The notes beneath the pieces are model-generated. The model saw only the letters and a list, made by a program, of their open reading frames with translations. It made no database searches and was not told the origin of the DNA. The position numbers were made by a program, and so were the translations under genes. Below are positions 56,954 to 64,000 of a stretch of 64,000 bases of DNA, one piece after another. The DNA comes from the human T2T-CHM13v2.0 reference genome, Homo sapiens, in the NCBI RefSeq assembly GCF_009914755.1, contig NC_060948.1; one strand, given 5' to 3'. The first letter of the stretch is position 1; every line of letters starts with the position of its first letter.

Positions 56954-59900
56954 TTGAATCGAAAGGAAAGGAAGCGAATGGACTGAAATGAAATGGAATG
57001 GAATTGAATGGAAAGTAATGCAATGGAATAGAATGGAACGAAATTTCACGGAATGGAATCAAACTGAATGGAATCAAATCAATGGAATCTAATCAAATGG
57101 AATGGAAAGGAATTGAATGGAGTAGATTGGATTGGATGGGATTGGAATGAAATGTACTGGAAAGGACTCGAATTTCATGAAACGGAATGGAATGAATTGG
57201 AACGGAATGGACTCGAATGGAATGGAATGTCATGGAATGGCATCGAATGGAATGGCATCAAATGGAATGGAATCGAATGCAATGGAATGTTATGGAATGG
57301 AATGGAATGCATTGGAATGGAATGTCCTCTAATGGAATGGATTCGAGTGGAATGGAATCGAATATAATGGAGTCGAATGAAATGGAATTGAAAGGAATGG
57401 GATCGAATAGAATGGAATATACTGGAATGTAATGTAATGAACACGAATGTAATTGACTGGAATGGAATGTACATGAATGGAAGGTAATCGAATGGAAAGT
57501 AATCCAATGGAATAGAATCTAATGCAATAAAACCGAATCAGATAGAGTAGAATGTAATGGAATGGAGTGCAGTGCAATGGAATGGAATGGAATTGAATGC
57601 AATGGAATGGAATGGAATGGAATGGAATGGAATGGAATGGAATGGTATGGAAAGGATAGTAATGGACTGGAGTGAAATGGACTGGAAAGGAATGGACTCA
57701 AATTGAAAGGGCTCGAAAGGAATGGAGTCAAATGGAATGGTCTGGAATGGAATGAACACGAATGTAATGCAATCCAATAGAATGGAATCGAATGGCATGG
57801 AATATAAAGAAATGGAATCGAAGAGAATGGAAACAAATGGAATGGAATTGAATGGAATGGAATTGAATGGAATGGGAACGAATGGAGTGAAATTGTATGC
57901 AGTAGAAGGGAATAGAATGGAATGCAAGCGAAAGGAAAGGAATGGATTGGAATGGAATGGAATTCATTGGAATGGAAGGGAATGTAGTGTAATGGACAGG
58001 CCTGGAATAAAGTGGAATGCTACGGTCTCGAATGGAATAAAAATGTATGGAATGGAATGCAATGAAACGGAATCGAATGTCATAGAATGTAATGGAATGC
58101 AACAAAATGGAATCCAAAATCATTGACTGGAAAGGCTGGGTGTCGAAAGGAATTGACTCCAATGGAATGGAATCGAATGGAATGGAAGTGAATAGAATCG
58201 AACTAAATCGAATGGAATGGAATTGATAGGAACGGAATGGAAAGGAATGCAATGATTTGGCATGGAATGGAATCGAATGGCATCGAATGGAATGGAATGG
58301 AATGCAATGGAATGGAATGTATTAGAATGGAATGAACTTTAATGGAATGTACTCGAATGGATTCGACTGGAATGGAATGTTCTGGAAGTGAATGGACTCC
58401 AATGGAATGGATTCAAAAGGAATGGAATCGTACGGAATGGAATCTAATGGAATGGAATTAAATGGAAATGAATCAAATTGAATAGCACGGAATTGAATTG
58501 AATGGAATGGAATGCAATGGAATCTAATGAAACGGAAAGGAAAGGAATGGAATGGAATGGAATGGGCTGGAATGGAAAGGAATCGAAACGAATGGAATGG
58601 AATCGAACTGAAGAGACTGGAATGGAATGCACTGGAATGGAAGGGAGTGTAATGGAAGGTTCTCGAAAAAATGGAATCGAATGGAATGGAATTGAATGGA
58701 ACGGAATAGAGTCGAATGGAATTGAATGGAATGGAATGGACTAGAGTGAAATGGAATCGAACCACAAGGAATGGACAGGAATAGAATGGTCTCGAATTGA
58801 ATGGAATCGTATGGAATGGCATCAAACGGAATGGAATGGACAGCCACGGAATGGAATGCACTCGAATGCAATGGAGTCGAAACTAATGGACTGGAATAGA
58901 ATGGACTCGACTGGTACGGACTCCAATGGAATGGAATCGAATGGAAGGGAATCGAACGGAATGGACTCGAAGGGAAAAGACTGCAATGGAAAGGTCTCGA
59001 ATGGAATGGAAATTAATGGAATGGAATGGAATCGAATGAAATGGAGTCAAAAGGAATGGAATCGAATGGCAAGAAATCGAATGTAATGGAATCGCAAGGA
59101 ATTGATGTGAACGGAACGGAATGGAATGGAATCCAAAGGAATGGAATAGAATGGAATGGAATCGAATGGAAAGGACTCGAATGGAAATCACTCGAATAGA
59201 ATGCAATTTAATAAAATAGGATCAAATGTAATGGAATGGAATGGAAAGGAATCGAAACGAAAGGAATGGAGACAGATGGAATGGAATGGAACAGAGAGCA
59301 ATGGTATAGAATGGAATGGAATCATCTGGAATGGAATTGAATGGAATGGAATAATATGAAATGGAATGGAATGGAATGGAATGGAATGCCCTTGAATTAA
59401 ATGGACTGGAATGGAATGGACTCGAACAGAGTGGAATGGAAAGTGTTGAGATAGAATGGAATGGACTCCTTTGGAATGGTCTAGTATGCAATGCAATCGA
59501 CTGTCAGGGAATCAAAAGGAATGTAATCGAATGGATTGGACTGGAATGCAATGGACTCGAATAGATTGGAAACGGAATGCAAAGGAATGGAATGGAATAG
59601 TATGGAATGGAATGGAAAGGAATGGAGTGGAATAGACTAGAGTGGAATGGAATGGACTGGAAAGCAATGGACTGGAATGGAACTTTCTTGAATGGACTGG
59701 AATCAAACGGAATGGAATGCAATGCAATCAAATGGCATGGAATAAAATAGAATGAAAGAGAATCAAATGGAATTGAATCGAATGGAATCGAATGGATTGG
59801 AAAGGAATAGAATGGAATGGAATGGAATTGACTCAAATGGAATGGACTAGAATGGAATGGATTCGAATGGAAGGCAAAGGAATGGAATCTATTGGAATGG

Positions 59901-60506
59901 ACTGTAATGGAATGGAATGGAAGGGATTGGAATGGACTCGAATGGAATGGACTGCAATAGAAAGGATTCGAATGGAATGAAAAAGAATTGAATGGAATAG
60001 AACAGAATGGAATCAAATCGAATGAAATGGAATGGAATAGAAAGGAATGGAATGAAATGGAATGGAAAGGATTCGAATGGAATGCAATCGAATGGAATGG
60101 AATCGAACGGAATGGAATAAAATGGAAGAAAACTGGCAAGAAATGGAATCGAAATGAATGGAGTGTTATGGAACGGACTCAAAAGGAATTGAATGTAATA
60201 GAATGGAGTGGAGTGGACTCGAATATAATGGACTGGAATGGAATGAAATCACATGGAATGGGAACGAATGGAATGGAATGGAAAGGAATGGAATCGAATG
60301 GAAAGGAATCGAATGGAAGGGAATGAAATTGAATCAACAGGAATGGAAGGGAATAGAATAGACGGTAATGGAATGGACTCGAATAGAATGGACACGAATG
60401 CTCAAATTGAATGGATTCGAATGGAATGGAAACGAAAGGAATGTCATCGAATGGAATTGAATCGATTGGAATGAAATCGCATAGAATGGAGTGGAATCAA
60501 ATGGAA
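56954..60506 (+). repeat. DYZ1 unit U17 (3,553 bp; A7 to A6 deletion)
   Basis: Spacing 57367 to 60920; six A at 58666-58671 versus seven in most units. Confidence 0.95.
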
Positions 60507-63500
60507 TTGAATCGAAAGGAAAGGAAGCGAATGGACTGAAATGAAATGGAATGGAATTGAATGGAAAGTAATGCAATGGAATAGAATGGAACGAAATTTC
60601 ACGGAATGGAATCAAACTGAATGGAATCAAATCAATGGAATCTAATCAAATGGAATGGAAAGGAATTGAATGGAGTAGATTGGATTGGATGGGATTGGAA
60701 TGAAATGTACTGGAAAGGACTCGAATTTCATGAAACGGAATGGAATGAATTGGAACGGAATGGACTCGAATGGAATGGAATGTCATGGAATGGCATCGAA
60801 TGGAATGGCATCAAATGGAATGGAATCGAATGCAATGGAATGTTATGGAATGGAATGGAATGCATTGGAATGGAATGTCCTCTAATGGAATGGATTCGAG
60901 TGGAATGGAATCGAATATAATGGAGTCGAATGAAATGGAATTGAAAGGAATGGGATCGAATAGAATGGAATATACTGGAATGTAATGTAATGAACACGAA
61001 TGTAATTGACTGGAATGGAATGTACATGAATGGAAGGTAATCGAATGGAAAGTAATCCAATGGAATAGAATCTAATGCAATAAAACCGAATCAGATAGAG
61101 TAGAATGTAATGGAATGGAGTGCAGTGCAATGGAATGGAATGGAATTGAATGCAATGGAATGGAATGGAATGGAATGGAATGGAATGGAATGGAATGGAA
61201 TGGAATGGTATGGAATGGATAGTAATGGACTGGAGTGAAATGGACTGGAAAGGAATGGACTCAAATTGAAAGGGCTCGAAAGGAATGGAGTCAAATGGAA
61301 TGGTCTGGAATGGAATGAACACGAATGTAATGCAATCCAATAGAATGGAATCGAATGGCATGGAATATAAAGAAATGGAATCGAAGAGAATGGAAACAAA
61401 TGGAATGGAATTGAATGGAATGGAATTGAATGGAATGGGAACGAATGGAGTGAAATTGTATGCAGTAGAAGGGAATAGAATGGAATGCAAGCGAAAGGAA
61501 AGGAATGGATTGGAATGGAATGGAATTCATTGGAATGGAAGGGAATGTAGTGTAATGGACAGGCCTGGAATAAAGTGGAATGCTACGGTCTCGAATGGAA
61601 TAAAAATGTATGGAATGGAATGCAATGAAACGGAATCGAATGTCATAGAATGTAATGGAATGCAACAAAATGGAATCCAAAATCATTGACTGGAAAGGCT
61701 GGGTGTCGAAAGGAATTGACTCCAATGGAATGGAATCGAATGGAATGGAAGTGAATAGAATCGAACTAAATCGAATGGAATGGAATTGATAGGAACGGAA
61801 TGGAAAGGAATGCAATGATTTGGCATGGAATGGAATCGAATGGCATCGAATGGAATGGAATGGAATGCAATGGAATGGAATGTATTAGAATGGAATGAAC
61901 TTTAATGGAATGTACTCGAATGGATTCGACTGGAATGGAATGTTCTGGAAGTGAATGGACTCCAATGGAATGGATTCAAAAGGAATGGAATCGTACGGAA
62001 TGGAATCTAATGGAATGGAATTAAATGGAAATGAATCAAATTGAATAGCACGGAATTGAATTGAATGGAATGGAATGCAATGGAATCTAATGAAACGGAA
62101 AGGAAAGGAATGGAATGGAATGGAATGGGCTGGAATGGAAAGGAATCGAAACGAATGGAATGGAATCGAACTGAAGAGACTGGAATGGAATGCACTGGAA
62201 TGGAAGGGAGTGTAATGGAAGGTTCTCGAAAAAAATGGAATCGAATGGAATGGAATTGAATGGAACGGAATAGAGTCGAATGGAATTGAATGGAATGGAA
62301 TGGACTAGAGTGAAATGGAATCGAACCACAAGGAATGGACAGGAATAGAATGGTCTCGAATTGAATGGAATCGTATGGAATGGCATCAAACGGAATGGAA
62401 TGGACAGCCACGGAATGGAATGCACTCGAATGCAATGGAGTCGAAACTAATGGACTGGAATAGAATGGACTCGACTGGTACGGACTCCAATGGAATGGAA
62501 TCGAATGGAAGGGAATCGAACGGAATGGACTCGAAGGGAAAAGACTGCAATGGAAAGGTCTCGAATGGAATGGAAATTAATGGAATGGAATGGAATCGAA
62601 TGAAATGGAGTCAAAAGGAATGGAATCGAATGGCAAGAAATCGAATGTAATGGAATCGCAAGGAATTGATGTGAACGGAACGGAATGGAATGGAATCCAA
62701 AGGAATGGAATAGAATGGAATGGAATCGAATGGAAAGGACTCGAATGGCAATCACTCGAATAGAATGCAATTTAATAAAATAGGATCAAATGTAATGGAA
62801 TGGAATGGAAAGGAATCGAAACGAAAGGAATGGAGACAGATGGAATGGAATGGAACAGAGAGCAATGGTATAGAATGGAATGGAATCATCTGGAATGGAA
62901 TTGAATGGAATGGAATAATATGAAATGGAATGGAATGGAATGGAATGGAATGCCCTTGAATTAAATGGACTGGAATGGAATGGACTCGAACAGAGTGGAA
63001 TGGAAAGTGTTGAGATAGAATGGAATGGACTCCTTTGGAATGGTCTAGTATGCAATGCAATCGACTGTCAGGGAATCAAAAGGAATGTAATCGAATGGAT
63101 TGGACTGGAATGCAATGGACTCGAATAGATTGGAAACGGGATGCAAAGGAATGGAATGGAATAGTATGGAATGGAATGGAAAGGAATGGAGTGGAATAGA
63201 CTAGAGTGGAATGGAATGGACTGGAAAGCAATGGACTGGAATGGAACTTTCTTGAATGGACTGGAATCAAACGGAATGGAATGCAATGCAATCAAATGGC
63301 ATGGAATAAAATAGAATGAAAGAGAATCAAATGGAATTGAATCGAATGGAATCGAATGGATTGTAAAGGAATAGAATGGAATGGAATGGAATTGACTCAA
63401 ATGGAATGGACTAGAATGGAATGGATTCGAATGGAAGGCAAAGGAATGGAATCTATTGGAATGGACTGTAATGGAATGGAATGGAAGGGATTGGAATGGA

Positions 63501-64000
63501 CTCGAATGGAATGGACTGCAATAGAAAGGATTCGAATGGAATGAAAAAGAATTGAATGGAATAGAACAGAATGGAATCAAATCGAATGAAATGGAATGGA
63601 ATAGAAAGGAATGGAATGAAATGGAATGGAAAGGATTCGAATGGAATGCAATCGAATGGAATGGAATCGAACGGAATGGAATAAAATGGAAGAAAACTGG
63701 CAAGAAATGGAATCGAAATGAATGGAGTGTTATGGAACGGACTCAAAAGGAATTGAATGTAATAGAATGGAGTGGAGTGGACTCGAATATAATGGACTGG
63801 AATGGAATGAAATCACATGGAATGGGAACGAATGGAATGGAATGGAAAGGAATGGAATCGAATGGAAAGGAATCGAATGGAAGGGAATGAAATTGAATCA
63901 ACAGGAATGGAAGGGAATAGAATAGACGGTAATGGAATGGACTCGAATAGAATGGACACGAATGCTCAAATTGAATGGATTCGAATGGAATGGAAACGAA
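60507..64000 (+). repeat. DYZ1 unit U18 (partial, 3,494 bp, cut by window end)
   Basis: Same landmarks through the ATGCTCAAATTG motif at ~63962. Confidence 0.95.

Larger units (their letters stand above)
1..64000 (+). repeat. DYZ1: Human Satellite 3 DYZ1 array (Yq12 heterochromatin), ~18 tandem copies of a ~3.56 kb unit built from degenerate GGAAT pentamers
   Basis: Continuous GGAAT/CGAAT/GGACT/TGAAT pentamers. Identical landmarks recur every 3,539-3,574 bp (homologous ORF ends at 414, 3983, 7552, 11126, 14685 ... 60920). One GGCC and one GAATTC per unit. The segment GGAATTCATTGGAATGGAAGGGAATGTAGTGTAATGGACAGGCC matches, from memory, the reverse complement of the start of the classic 3,564-bp DYZ1 HaeIII unit. 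Confidence 0.96.

Noticed and set aside
115-63925. Hundreds of ORFs of 60-318 aa on both strands (MEWNG- and FHSIP-rich)
   Set aside because: They are the expected translation of a 5-bp repeat with no stop codon in its consensus. They recur with the unit period, have no domain-like content, and are freely broken or fused by pentamer indels.
1-64000. CRISPR-like or other repeat-spacer array
   Set aside because: There are no unique spacers; the entire unit is repeated and consists of degenerate pentamers.
1-64000. DYZ2/HSat1B blocks, Alu/L1 insertions or inversions
   Set aside because: No AT-rich or Alu-like sequence is present, and no switch to CATTC on the + strand was seen.
39180-64000. 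Possible four-unit super-repeat suggested by tract-1 counts 7,8,10,9,7,8,10 (U12-U18)
   Set aside because: SNVs and tract 2 disagree: GGAAAGGATAG is in U13, U16 and U17 but not U12; TAGAATGGAATGAAC is in U17 but not U13; tract 2 has 6 pentamers in U12 and 3 in U16.
1-64000. G-quadruplex potential of the purine-rich strand
   Set aside because: It has mostly GG doublets with only isolated GGG. (GGAAT)n is known to form G.A-mismatch fold-backs instead, which is generic to HSat3 and not specific to this window.

Overview
The whole 64 kb window is one uninterrupted, single-orientation human Satellite 3 array: degenerate (GGAAT)n on the + strand, (CATTC)n on the - strand. It is organised as 17 complete and one partial copy of a ~3.56 kb higher-order unit (3,539-3,574 bp). 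The unit length, the single HaeIII/StuI and EcoRI sites per unit, and the recalled landmark sequence around them identify it as DYZ1 (HSat3, Yq12 heterochromatin). There are no genes, RNA genes, transposons or DYZ2/Alu blocks; all listed ORFs are pentamer-translation artefacts (MEWNG / FHSIP). Structure that the satellite label does not explain: (i) three perfect, in-phase heat-shock elements (nGAAn-nTTCn-nGAAn) per unit, 51 intact in the window by my count, within a dense field of TEAD/MCAT motifs; (ii) a transition from a heterogeneous left domain (~1-27.5 kb) to a homogeneous right subfamily (~27.5-64 kb), with an interdigitated boundary; (iii) footprints of satellite turnover, including divergent patches, an out-of-register micro-conversion, 15-bp indels, compensating 1-bp indels and two slippage tracts. 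All variant calls were made by eye and need confirmation by alignment. I see no evidence for a novel protein-coding system.
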